64,000 bases of DNA, from NCBI RefSeq assembly GCF_006345805.1, contig NC_042999.1:42966001-43030000 (forward strand), in the 5' to 3' direction. The notes under the pieces are model-generated. The model made no database searches. It saw nothing but the letters and a program-made list of their open reading frames with translations, and was not told the origin of the DNA. The DNA comes from Octopus sinensis (lineage: Eukaryota). A program made the position numbers and the translations under genes. Every line of letters starts with the position of its first letter. The stretch's first letter is position 1. Below, in pieces: positions 42,985 to 57,724 of the stretch.

Positions 42985-45900
42985 ATCAATGGCCAAACAT
43001 GTAATAATAAATTACAAGTGTGTTTATAGTTATGAATAAATCACAATTATAACGGAGCGGGTTGCAAAAACCCTTACATGTTTAGAAATAGCAGTCAAAA
43101 ACCACTATTATCACTCCTATTTTATCTCCTCACAATAAAGCTGTCTGTGAGAAACATGACATATAAAATCCACAATTTAAAAATAAAAGGTTAATTCTCT
43201 ATTGCAATTATATATATATACCATATTGTAAAATAACAGAGATAAACAATATAACGGTTTCTCTCCATTATAACTGTGATTTATTCATAATTATAAACCC
43301 TGTTCTTTTGTGTAATTTATTATTACATGTTTGGCCACTGATATATTCATAAATAATTAATAATTGTTTATGATATTTCGTAATGTATTTTTACACTTTT
43401 TCTTAATTATTTCATTTCCTCCTGTCTTTTCCTATAAACGCTGTGCATGACACTGGAATTCAGAATTTGAATGTGCAGATAGATGTTGACACATTATTCT
43501 TGTTGGTCGGGATACATGTAAGCCCTAAGGTATGATTCTGTATCAATTTGTATCTATAAGAATATTCTCCTGATGAGAAGACTAGAACTGTTATGTTGTT
43601 CAAATCTGTTATTTTACAATACAGTATATAATATGGTGTGGAAGCATGTGGCTTAGTGGTTAGGGTGTCAGCATCATGATCATAAGATTGTGGTTTCGAT
43701 TCCTGGACTGGGCGACGCATTGTGTTCTTGAGCAAAACAATTCATTTCACGTTGCTCCAGTTCACTCAGCTGGCAAAAATGAGTAATGCTGCAATGGACT
43801 GGCGTCCCATCCAGCTGGGGAACACATACGCCATAAAAACTGCAAAACCGGGCCCATGAGCTTGGCTAGGCTTTAAAAAGGGTACGTTTATTTTTTTTTT
43901 ATATAACATGGTATAATAAGTTCCAAACTTCGAAATTGCAGTTGAGAATTAATCATTTATTTTTAAATTGTGGATTTTATATGTCATGTTGCTCACAGAT
44001 AGCTTTATTGTGAGAAGATAAAATATGAGTAATAATAGTGGCCTTATAGTAGTTTTAGACTGCTATTTCTCAACATGTAAGGGTTCTTATTATATATATA
44101 TGTGTGTGTGTGTCTCTCCACCATTGCATGACAACTGGCGTTGGTTTGTTTATGTCCATATAACTTAGCAGTTTCAGTAAAAATGAAATCAATAGAATAA
44201 ATAGCAGACTCAGGGGAATATAAGAACTGGGATCAATTTGACGTCCAAAGAACTGAAACAATGAAAAAATGGAAGAGATATAAAATGGAATTAAATTAAA
44301 CATTAAAAAAAAATAATAAAAAACAACAGTCAGTGTACTGCTTCCTATCAAATCCCTTTTTATTAAGCCTTATGTACAAATTTACAGGTGTGTAGTTTCT
44401 TTTGAAGTTCGTTTTTGTTTGTATTTTTTTTTTGTTTTTGTTTTTTTGGGGGGTTTTTCATAACCTTTATTTTTCTGAAATTCATTATTATTGTTTTTTA
44501 TTCATTTTTTTTTCAATTCCCAAATTCAGCAAGATTAACTACAAAAAGGTTTTTAAAAAAAATTAAAAAAAAAAAAATCCATGTACATTTGTTATTGCAC
44601 AATGACACTTTTAATAGTAAAGTATATATGAAAGTAAAGAGGGAGGGGAGTTGACATACGATGTGTGTGTGTGTGTGTGTGTGTGAGGGCGATGCATGTA
44701 TAAATACATACATGTGCATATATATATATATATACGCGCACACATACCCTCACACACATGATTTAGACAGCATAAAGGATAATAACCCTACAGGGCAATG
44801 AACAAACACAAGTGTTTAAATCTTAAATTGCTTGCTTCTGTAGAACAAAAAAAAATTAAATTTTAATTTCAGAGAAAAAAAAAATTTTTTCTTTAAATCT
44901 GCATAATGGATTTTTTTTTTTTTTGGTACAAAAATTATTAAAGTGAATAATAATAATAATGATAATAATTATAGTAATAATAATAATCTGCTGTCAGAGT
45001 GAGACCAGCTCTTGCAGCAACATGCACACGCACACACAAAAAAAAATTAATAATAATAATAATAATAATTGTATCCAAACAAAAGGTTGATTTATCATGC
45101 CGTTCAGGACACTTCATGTTTCCTTCTGTTGGCCAAATTTGCTAGCAATCAAAAATAATTCATGTTTTTTTTTTTGTTTGTTTATCTTTATCGAGTTACA
45201 AGGAAAGGAGTGTCTAAATATGTGTGTGTGTGTTTGTGTATGTATATGCATATATAGGTTCTTTGTGAGATATGGAAATGGAAAAATAACAATAAAAAAA
45301 AAAGATAAAAATGTAATTTTCATAAATTAGAGAAATTTGATTCTTTTTCTTTTTGTTTTTTTTTCCTCTAATAACTTTAGAAATAAACATAAAATTTAAT
45401 CTGGAATGTGTGCGTGTATGTGTGTTTTTGAATAAACTCATATTGTGTGAGAAGACAGGTAAACAAATTGAAAACTGAAGGTACGTGTATGCATACATAC
45501 AGTATGTATGTATGCATGTAACCAAGAGAAGTAAATTAAAATAAAATAGAAAAAGAGAGAAAAATTTTAATTGCTATTTTTCCCTCTCTTGGATTAATTG
45601 ACTTAGCTTAATGAAGACAAGTCATTAAAGTAAATAAAAATATTTTAATATGTTAAACGTATAAACAATGTTTTTCATGCTGTTGTTTTTGTTTTGTTTT
45701 TTTTTTTTGTAGGGGGGGGTGGAAGTAGTCAACTCAGCAGTCCAAACATGGTGCAGACATGTGGAAGTAGTGGTGGTGAGTTTGAGCTAATTGTGATAGA
45801 TATTTTGCAATCATTTTGCTTGGGTTCTGCGTGTATGAATTTTTATTGCACTTATCTTGCATAGCTTCTGACCTTAGGAAAAGGGATTAAACAGAGAAAG

Positions 45901-46008
45901 AAAGCTGGAATGAGTAATGCAATGGCTATATATATATACACATACACACACACATGTATACAATCAGACCATATGTGCATGTATATGTGTGTGAATATAG
46001 TGTATGTT

Positions 46009-46041
<33 letters not shown>

Positions 46042-47544
46042 CAGCATTAGAGGATAAAATTCTACAGGACATCAACAACATCTTTGTTCATTTTATGCTG
46101 TTCTTTTTAAACCTGTACATTTTGATCTGTTTTGTTTTATTTTTTCTCATTCCTTTCTTAAATAAAAAGGTCCAAACCGGAAAAAAAAAAATTTTTTTAA
46201 TGGTCGGGGGTGGGGTGGGGGGTGAAAAACATTGCGAAAATTCATTGAAAAAAAAAAAAAAGATTATTATAATTACCTTTCCAGGTAAAGAATTTTTGAA
46301 ATGCAAGGAATTTCTGTAAAATGTGAGAAAACACACTTCAGAATACCTTCACTAAATGTTACTGTTTTGAAATGTTGGCCCGGTTATATTTAATATTAAA
46401 AGAAAAATTAGTGTCCAGCTGGATATATTATTATCATTATTATTACTATTATCATTATTATTGTACATGTTTTTGAAACTGTCCAACCAATTTTAACATT
46501 TTTCTCAAATTTTTTTGTTTGTTTTTTTTTTTAAAGGGTCTTACTGAATTGTGTCAATTGTTTAGTAGTTTATTTTTAAAGACTATGTTGTAATTAAGAA
46601 GAGGTGGAAGAAAAATTAATACGCTCGAATGACAATGAGGATGATGATTAATGTAAAATTAAAGTGGAAGAAAAAAGAAATATGCTTCAATGATGATGAT
46701 GATAATGTGAATAATCATGCTAATAGTATAGTTATACTAGTAGTAATTATAATAGTAATAATAATAGTAATAGTAAAAAGAGAACAGTAATAACAACAAC
46801 AGATTTGGGTTTGAGCTTCAAGATTAGGTACCCTCTTACTTGAGCAATATCTGATCTATTATTAATCTATCGGATCAGATTAGTGAGGTCTTGCCATCAC
46901 ATGACCTCCCCCATTTGGTACCATTGCCTCTAATTTACTTTCAAAAAGAAAACCAAAAATCTATCTTCTGTTCTTAAGTGTTTGATTTCATTTTCTTTCT
47001 TTTTTTTTTTAACTTCTTATTTTCCTTGATTTTTTAATTTTTTTTTTTTAATTTTAACTTTTTCTTTTCGTTTTAAAATTTTAAAAAAATTATAATGAAA
47101 AAATAACTTTAAATTAAAAAAAAAGTGGGAGAGAGAGAGGATGAAAAAAAAGGAAACGGAAGAATGGTAGAAGGTCAAGTAAAAAAAAAAAACACATGGA
47201 AAATTATAAAACAACTCTAGATGATGAGAATGGAAGAATGGCTGCCCCAGTCCAACCTCAAAATGGAAAACAAAAATTATCTATTAAGAATTGTTGCAAA
47301 ACAGCTCAGCTTTGCAGAATTCCCCATATTGTACTCAAAGTAACACAGTAAAGGACTTTTATTGTTCGTTGCATTAACTGCCCATAGCTTTTTTCTTTTC
47401 TTTTCCATTTTTTTTTTGTCACATTTTTGTAAAATACAATTTACATCAATTCATAGTGGTTATGGTTTAATTTTTTTTTAAATCTTAAATTTCACTTCTT
47501 TTGTGAAGTCACATCCTCACCAAAACCTATTCTCAAGAACAGGG

Positions 47545-47575
47545 ATATATATATATATACATGTGTGTATGTACA

Positions 47576-47608
<33 letters not shown>

Positions 47609-47703
47609 GTACATATGCATATACATATACACACATATGTACATATGCATATACATATACACACATACATATATATATATACACATACATATACACATGT
47701 GTG

Positions 47704-47735
<32 letters not shown>

Positions 47736-47850
47736 TACACTTTTATGCATATGTATATGCACACATGCATATCGGTATATGTGTGTTGTATGTATATATA
47801 TATATATTATATATATATATATACACACATATATACAGACACACATACAT
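47545..47850. repeat. Compound TA/CA/TG microsatellite
   Basis: Direct reading. Confidence 0.9.
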
Positions 47851-48341
47851 TTTTGTATAAGTAAAAAGGTTTAACAAATTTCAACTTATATAAAAAGGAA
47901 AAAAAGTAACATGTAATGATGTGTGTGGATGGGGGTAGAGTGAAAGGTTCTACTCAGTGGGGAAGAGAAGGAGGGGATTGAAAATGATTTCGTAATTAAC
48001 GTTTTTTTTTTTTTTGTTTATTTTTGGTTTTATGAAATGGAAGCCCGCCAAAATAACAAGTTTGAAGTGGGAGGGAGCAGGAAGAAATTCATCAAAAAAA
48101 AAAAAAAAAAGAAAAATTTTATGAAATGACAGTACAATTTGGGATTGACAAAACATGATATTGAGAAATATGGAAAAACATTGATAGAGCATGAAGAAAC
48201 AGAGGAAAAAATGTTAAGTTGTATCATCAAGTAGGCTATGTAAAATGAAAAAGAAAACAAGTTTATACATACATATATACAAACGCATAGATAGATAGAG
48301 ACACACATTATAGAAGACAGTAAAAAAAAAAGTTGGAACAT

Positions 48342-48410
48342 TGCCTACGGGGGATCAAACCTCATGCCTTCTGTAAGCCATAGTCATGCTAACCACTACA
48401 CCAAAGTGAC
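48342..48410 (-). pseudogene. Degenerate tRNA-like sequence (SINE head or tRNA pseudogene)
   Basis: rc tggtgtagtggttagcatg...ggtttgatccc has A/B-box remnants but no complete cloverleaf. Confidence 0.3.
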
Positions 48411-48762
48411 ATCCCAACTTTAACCTTCCAAATTAGGAGCCTTAAACTAACTAGGTAAGATTTCTCATAGTAGCAACCTGTTAACAGAGAACTCAGTTTA
48501 TGCTTTATATAAAGTTATACACACAGCTAGCTATACATACATACATACCCATCTGTACACATGCACATATAGTAGAGTTTACTACGACATATATAGTGAA
48601 GAATATTAATACACACACATTACTTTTTGTTTTCCTTACACTTCTTCAAATATTGGTTCCTAGAGGAATTATACTAACATAAATGAGATATCAAGATGTT
48701 TACAATAGATCCAGAAAAACTTTCGAGAAATATATGTATGTGTGTATGTGTATAATCAATAC

Positions 48763-48811
<49 letters not shown>

Positions 48812-51800
48812 TTTCACAGAATACATGTTTTTGGTGTTACAGATTTGGTATTTCCTTGGCAAAGTTCCCTTGCCAAAGGTCATTCTGATTTAAGAAGAGT
48901 ACTTTTCAGTATAATATGTAGGTCTTTAATGTAATATACATCCTCCCAGCCCTCAAAATCATTTCTGATATGAAGATATCAAAATTCAGTAGTCGTGTGC
49001 TAACTGTTGTTGAAACAAAGATAAAGATACTATAATGAATAAAAAAAAAAACATTTGATGAAGATCATAGAATGATAAAGATATAAAGCTTTATATATTG
49101 AAGGAAGCATAATATAGTTGATCACAAAGTGATTAAATTATTTAACAGTTTTACCCAAATTAAAATACTAAAAAATCTTATGTTCAAAAATAAAGACTAT
49201 TTTGTTGTTTTTTTTAAGAAAGTAAACACGAATATGAAACAAGTTTCAGGAGAAGACTGGAATTGAACTTATACCAACCACCACAAAGTTTGAAGTTTTA
49301 TGCCATAGGATAATGCCAACAGCTGTAAATCCAAACGTGTCCTCTTCACATAATTAGTTTTCAAATTCAAAGAAGTGTAATTTAAAGTGAACAAAATGAG
49401 TGTTATAAACCTAGAAAATGTCATCTCTACGTATTGTCTGTGAATATCAGAATAGATTTAAATCCTAGTCAGATACATTGAAACCTAAATTGATAACTTG
49501 TTCATGTCATCTGAAATAATATAATGATAATTATTTAAATAAGAACTATCAACACCTGAATAATCAAAATGTTAAATTCTTGATCTTATAGGTTCCAAAT
49601 CTAAGCATTCTTACTTGAAATAGATGATAGTTCCAGACATATTTTAGTAAAATATTTCTTAATTCAAGGAAAAAAGTAGAATAAAATTAAGACAAAATTA
49701 CTCAAGCATAAAACTTTGAAATCAATCTGAAAATGTTTAACAAGTGTTGTATTTTCTCTTGAAGTCGGCTGTTTTCTTATAAAGAAGTCAGTGCTAAATA
49801 CGACTCTTGATTAGCAGAACACCATAAATCTTCCATTGGGAAGATGTCAACTAAACCATAAAAACTGGTACTTATTTTAATCAACAAACAGAAAAATGAA
49901 AGTGAAAGTTGACCCTGGCAGATTTCATAACTTTTTTTAACATAATGTAAAAGAACATAAAATACTTAATTTCTACTATCTCTGTACTAAATGACACCCT
50001 TATGATAAACACTTGAATGGTACCACCCTGAATATAAACAATAACTACTTAAAATTTTTTATTTTTTTTTTACTTGTGCACAAGGCTTGTTTCTTTGTAA
50101 GGAAAGGATCTACAGTCAATCTATTCAAATTTGATTTTGTAAATATTTTAATAGTAACACTATGGAAGGATATTGTGCTGAAACTGTTTTGGTCACATTT
50201 AAATGGGGATCTGTAAAATGCCTTAACCTGCTGCCAACTTCACACAGATATACAGTAAGAAATAATCTGGAGATAATTTTTCTTTTGAGCATCTTTGCAG
50301 TTTGCAGGTTTAATCCCCAATCCAACATTTGAAGCTAAGATACTAATTACTATTATTGGAAGACTTTGGGGGAGAAATGCCTGCATTCTCTACATCCATA
50401 ATGTACTTACCAATGAGAAAAACACAAACCAATTTATGTTTTAAATACAAAGAGAGTGAAAAAAATAAAAGCATTACTAAAACAAAATGTAGGGAGAAGT
50501 GATTTAACTCAAATTTTATCCTACTAAAACAAGAGAAATCCAAATTTTGCTTACAGGGTTATAGGAGGCCCCCATATTGCACTATCACTGGAGATGCTAC
50601 CTCACTGAATTATGAGAGTATCATGCAACAAAGCTGGCCCTTGAGTTACAGATACACACCATTAGATAGATTTCCATAGTTTCCCCATACCCAACTTGAT
50701 TCACAGACACATACACAAATATATATATATATATATATACAGAGAAAGAGTGAAACTTACAGAGATACCTTGAGTGGAGAACACATGACATTAATGAGGT
50801 TGCAGATGGCAACAAAAGGCTCTCATGAACCTCAAACAATTGATGAGTTAACTGGTTAACTAGATGACTAATTATAGCTTTAAAAAAGTGAAATAGAACC
50901 AGTGTGTGTGTGCTTATTGGAATAATGACCCTCCCAAGACAACAAATTTTGTTTCAACATACAATTTCACATCAAGAATCTTGCAAACTAAATACAATAG
51001 TGAAATATATAATCCATAATTGTTAGTCCAGCAAAACATTCTGTCAGACTAAATATGGATTAAATATTTTTTATTCACTCTCAGACATATCTTAATAATA
51101 ATGAATTTATTCTATAGAGTGGTCAGGTGCACTACAGGTTCTTTATTCAAAGTGGCTAGAAATAGCTTCTTTTGAACTTGTCAACCCTGGAATATCATCA
51201 TTTAACGTCCCCTTTTCCATGCTGGCATGAGTTGGACAGTTTGAGAACAGACAAGCCAGAGGACTCTGCCAGGATCTATGTCTGCTTTAGTATGCTTTCT
51301 ACAGCTGGATGCTCTTCCTAATGCCAACCATTTAACAGAGTATTCTGGGTGCTTTTTACATGGCACCAACACACACACACTTACAGAAAGGAGTAGTTAA
51401 ATAAAATATTTGTCAGCATATCCAAGTAAAAACTGCTCATTATGCCAACTTCTCAGTAGGGAGAGAATAGGAAAAGAAAGAATTTGTAGGTTTTAGCAAA
51501 GAGCAAAAGAGATATAAGTGGTGGTGGTGCTGGTGGTGGATGTAAAAAGTGAAGAATCTCAATAATCATCACCATATATACAAGAAATAATTTTTCTATT
51601 ATAGGCACAAAGCCTGAAATTTTGGGGGAGAGGCAGTGACCCCAATTTTATCAACCCTGAAATGCTGAAAGGTAAAGTCATCCTCAGTGGAATCTGAACT
51701 CAAAATGTAAAAATGGGTGAAATACCTATTTCTTTACTACCCACAAGGGGCTAAACACAGAGGGGACAAACAGGAACAGACAGTCGGATTAAGTCGATTA

Positions 51801-53287
51801 CATCGACCCCAGTGTGTAACTGGTACTTATTTAATCAACCCCAAACGGATGAAAGGCAAAGAGGCAAAGTCGACCTCAGCGGAATTTGAACTCAGAACGT
51901 AGTGGCAGACAAAATACTGCTAAGCATTTCACCCGGCGTGCTAACGATTCTGCCAGCTCATCGCCCTTTGCCAGTCCAGTGCAGTAACAATTCTGCCAGT
52001 ACACTGCATTATAATCAGGGAATAACAGCAAAATTATCTAGGATCTGGAGAGAACTATCGATATATGTAGGTATGGCAGGTTTGCATACATGCGGGTATA
52101 TTAGTATCTTTAACCATAGGACAGGTAATTGGAAGGAGTTACTCAGTTAATTGCACAGTGAAGAACATACATCAGTATCAGTTGTATTAATAACTAAGGC
52201 TTGATATAGAAAATATATCTAAAAATTAAAGAAAAAGGCTCCAAACAACAACAAAAAAAAAGCAATTCTTAAAAAAACATCAGGAAGATAAAATTCCAAA
52301 TAATACAGGACAACAAGGATGACTAAATCAATCAAAATATGTAAAATGTAGTGCCAATAATAATAATAATAATAATAATAATGGTGATGATAATACTTTC
52401 TGCTTTGGCACAAGGCCTGAAATTTGGGGTGGAGAGCACTACTAAATTACATCGATCCAAGTGCCAGACTGGTACTTAATTTATCAACCTGAAAAGAATG
52501 AAAGACAATGTCAACTCTGGAGAGAATTGAACTCAGAATGTAAAGATGGACAAAATACTGCTAAGAATTTTGTCCAGCATGCTAATGATTCTACCAGCTC
52601 ACTGCCTTATTAATAATAATAATCCTTTCTACTATAGACTCAAGACCTGAAATTTAGGGGACGGGGCTGGTCGATTACATCAACCCCAGTGTTCAATCTG
52701 TACTTATTTCATCAACCCCAAAAGGATGAAAGGCAAAGTTGACCTCGCCAGGATTTGAATTCAGAATGTAAAGACAGACAAATAATAACACAATATTTTG
52801 TCCTGTATGACTTAAGAAATTCTTAAAAAATGTAATGCAAAATGAAAATATAAATTTTTTTAAATACTAAAGGAAGACATAGGTAATGAAATAAACGACC
52901 CAATCATTTACATAGGATTAGATATATTATAATATTTGGCAATGGGAATTTCTGGAAGATAGGTGAGAAGAAAAATATAATACATAAGTTGTAAGTGTGT
53001 AGAAGTTTATGCATATTATCTGGAGTATTTTTGGGTTACATTACAACTTTTCCAAATTTTCAGTTAATGAATCAAATATTTGGCCATGCTCATGTATGCT
53101 TGCAACTGAAAAATAATCCAACTGTTAAATTTATATATATATATATATATATGATGAACGGCAACGAGAAACTCAGAGTAACAGATTTTGTTGAATTTTC
53201 TGCTGCTTAAAATAAAGCATATTACTCTACCACTGGTATTTGAGTACTCTTTTTTCCACCTTGTTTCACATTTATGTGTTTACTCCA

Positions 53288-53338
<51 letters not shown>

Positions 53339-56300
53339 ATATTATAGTCTGTATTATTGTACTGAGTCATTTTTTGTTGAATTTTCTTTAGTCATTATAT
53401 ATATATAAATATATATATATATAAGGAATAGTAAATAAAAAAAAAATTAATAATACTTAAAAATAAGAAGTTAAAAATATAATTTTTAATAGCATCGTTC
53501 ATTTACTCATTCTTTATATTTAACCATTATATATATTTCTGTATCCATGCACTTTGTATGCTATTCTTTATGTGAGTAGTAGAACTGCTGTGAAGTTGGT
53601 ACACAGCCAATTCATTTGTCCTGCATCTATTTCTAAAAGAGTTAAATACTTTTACTAAACACTAATAATAGTGCATATTCATAACTGGATATAATCCACT
53701 AGATACAGGAAGACTGAAAATTAATTTATCTAAATGAAATAGTAGTATATATGATGTTATATGCAGAATTACAATTAGTTTTGAAATTAATCTAGATGTT
53801 ATTATCACGCTTTGTATGTCTGATGATATACGGATGGAAAAATTCTGCTAAAAAATAATTTATTTCTACACTGAAATAACTAAAAGATTATAAATATACA
53901 CATATTTATGTGTGCAGTACTGATGATCAGAGAGTGAGAGCAACTTTGGATGCAAGCAAGAGAAAATCATTTAAGAACCTAAAATAATATTTTCTAATTT
54001 ACATCATGTTTTCTACGGAAATTAGTTGATATATATCCATAAGTGACTAAAATATAGAGAAGACTAATGACTTATAAAGAATATTAAAACTTTCAAAAAT
54101 TCTCGACCCTTCCCTTACAAACAATCAGAGTCATCTCTGATGGTAAATATAACAAAATTCTGTGATACATAACATTTTAATTATTACTACATTGAATTAA
54201 CTAAAAGACTAAATATACAGGTGTCTGTGTTCACATGACTGGGAGACACCAACAAATGTATTTCTGGTTATCAACAAATGAAAACAGAGCAAACATCTAA
54301 ACTAGATTTTATACCCGAAATTTCAATACAACATATGCATAGCTGATATATTATTTGAGTGCCTTGTCACTTCAACTAGTTACTTGGTGCCAGTATCCTG
54401 CAAATATCGAGCGGGGGGGAATTATCTGCTAAGAAAGCTATGTCACAAATTTTGAAAGCTTTAATCCACCCCCTAATTGGATTAAAGGATGAGGTGGAAT
54501 TGTAAAGGGGGTGGCAGTATAGTTTTTGCATTTTCCTCTGTTTCGAGAAACACATTAACCATGGAAACCAGTGCAAGGTTTGGAAACCTTACAGGATTTA
54601 CGAAATTTCTCAGTCCTGTAAGAGTTTTCCCGTTTTATGGTGGTAAGTTCCTACACACAGGAGGGAAGATCATTCTTATATGAGATGAGAATCATATGGC
54701 ATGGAAGGAGAAAATGGCAGTAAATGCTTTGTAAGTATCTTAATAAATAGTTTAAGAGAGAATATTGCACTGAAATGGGGTGGGGGATTGAAATGGAATC
54801 AAGAGAATTAGAGTTAGATTGCAAGAACATCTCTAAGTGTTAAGAATTTGGCAGTGAAAATATTCTTTGCTAGCTGAAGTGAGCTGAGCAAATTTATTTA
54901 CTCAATATTTTTACATTTTCCTCTAAACACAAGGACAATTTTTATTGTTTATTTTTTTTTTTGCTGTTTTCCCACAGAAGGGTTGTAGTCACTGAAAACA
55001 AGTATAGTATATTACCGGTATTAATTGTATTGACCCAGGAAAGATGAAAGACAAAGTTTGACTCCAGAAGAAAAAAAAACAAAAAAACAAACAAATGATA
55101 TATGCTATTGTAATTATTCCATTGACTAACATTTCTGCCAAATTATATGTCTTATTGTTAAAATCAATACTGGAATATTATAAATTCAATAAAAATTAAA
55201 TTTTAGATACCTTACACTTCCTGCAGTTCAACAGGTAGAAATTGCGAGATAAAGGAAAATAAATATTAGTGGCAGTTGTTGTCATTGTTTAACTCACCCA
55301 GGACAATTTTGATTGAGTAAACCTATTATCGAAGATTTCCAACCATGACCAACCCATGTTTATAGAACTATAATATTCAATATACTCACAGTTTAAGATA
55401 GTGGGATGTAATTTAGGAGATCTGGCTGAAACTTCTTACAGGTCAAGCAACCACAAAAGTGCTACATCCATCAGGAGATTAAATATAAGCGACAGAATAT
55501 GTTTCAGTTATGATGAATTTGTACAGCCTGAACCATAGTGGTTTTACAACAGAGATTATATGGGGAGAAATAGTTTAAACATTCAAAACTTAATAAGCCA
55601 TTTAGAATCTTCACCAGGTATGAATAAGCCCTTGGCACCATATTTATTAACTCAGCTATAGAAATTTCTCAAAATTATTTCCTTTATAAATGTTGTAAAA
55701 AAATTAAAAAAATAAAAAAACAGGTGTTGAACTATTTAACATAATTTAGTTGAAAATGTTGAATCCTGCCCCCCCACCCATTTCCTGACAGATGATAATT
55801 TACAAAACAACACAAAATTCTTGGATGCCAAACTACACAACACCTCTTCCTTGTTATGAACTCTCTGAAGTGATCTAAATCAAAAAAAAAGTTCATATCT
55901 AAATTAAAGTTTCTGACCAAAATCTCATAACAATATAAATGTAAGAAAAATCTTTCAAAAGTTTTATGCCAGAGCCGTTAGTTACGTAGCATTCCAAACA
56001 CCAGTTTCACACCTGAATGCATGCGTTAAAAAAAAAAAAAAGCATTATATTACTAAACCCCTCCAAATTCTTGATTATTTCAAAAGTTAATTCACTCATA
56101 TAAACAGATTATTCTTGTAAGAAATATGGTCACAAAGAGGATTGAAATAGTAAGAAAAGTGAAGGTAGATAATGAGTAAAACAAATGAGTAAAAAGAAAT
56201 TAACGAACACATATGAACAACAGTAATGGGTACGCAATGTTTAACAATATTTAAAAAATGTGCATCAGTATTTTAAATTATGTGCGCGTGAGATTGCCTT

Positions 56301-56454
56301 TAAGGGCATTTCTTTGAATGAGCTGCATAGATGAACTACAGATTTTTCAAGAAAGTAATATCAGTAGTAATAGAAGAAACAACAAGAAAGAACAAAAAAA
56401 ATAATTGACCAAAATGAGAGGATCAAACATTCAGCTGAAAAACAAATAATAATA

Positions 56455-57682
56455 TTCCTTTCTACTATAGGCACAAGGCCAGAAATTTGAAGGGAGGGGA
56501 AAAATCGATTACATTGATGCCAGTGCTCAACTGGTATTTATTTTATCGACCCTGAAAGGACGAAGGGCAAAGTTGACTTCAGCGTAATTTGAACTCAGAA
56601 CTTAAAGACAAATAAAATTTGCCCAATGTGCTAATGATTTTGCCAGCTCACCACCTTTATAATAATAATAATAATAATCCTTTCTACAATAAAGGCAAGG
56701 CCTGATGTTTTAGGGAGAGGTCTAGTTGATCACTCAACGCCAATGTTCAACTGATACTTCAAAAGGGCAAAAAGCGAAGTCGACCTCAGCAGAATTTGAA
56801 CACAGAATGACAAAATACCACTAAACATTTTGCCCAGCATGCTAACAATTCTGCCAGTTTGCCACCTTTATAATAATAATAGTTTCTGATTTAGGCACAA
56901 AGCCAGCAATTTTGAGAGGAGAAGTTGATATTGATTTCAGTACTTAACTGGTACTTAATTTTATCAAACTCCAGCTCATGTGTTTAAGTATTTTTTCCTG
57001 ACACTAACAATTCTGCCAGTTTGCTACCTTAATAATAATAATAATAATGGTGATTTCTAATTTAGGCACAAAGCCCAATGTCTGGGGGAGGCCACAGATG
57101 ATTATAAGAAATCCCCCAGTATTTGATTGGTACATTGTTCTAGTAACTATGGATAGATGAAAGGCAGAGTTGGCTCAGGCAGGATTTGAACCAAGAATAT
57201 CAAGAGACATAACTGAATACCTGGAGGCATTTGATCTGGTGCCCTACCAATTCTGCCACCTATCGTCTAAACAATAATAATAATAATAATAATCTTTTAC
57301 TATTTTTTTAAACTGATTTCTAACATTGGCACAATGTAACAATTTGTAAAGAAGGGATTTTTTTTTTTTTTGAGACGACTAAATTAATCTCAGCACATAA
57401 AAGGAAACATCTAAATACTACAATGTAATTAAGACCAGCACTAACTTTTGACACTCTACTGCCTCCCCTATAATAAAAAGGTTTTCCAATTTTTAGCACA
57501 AGGCCAGCAATTTAAGGGAGGGAATAAGTCAATTACATCGACCCCCAGAGTTTAACGCTACTTATTTTATTGACCCCCAAAAGAATGAAAGGCAAACTCA
57601 ACTTTGGTGGAATTTGAACTCCAAATTAAGCATTTTGTCCAGTGTGCTAACAATTCTGCCAGCTCACCACCTTAATAATAAT

Positions 57683-57724
<42 letters not shown>

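Noticed and set aside
47215-47280. Possible coding exon (LDDENGRMAAPVQPQNGKQK)
   Set aside because: No convincing splice sites, partner exons or recognisable homology.
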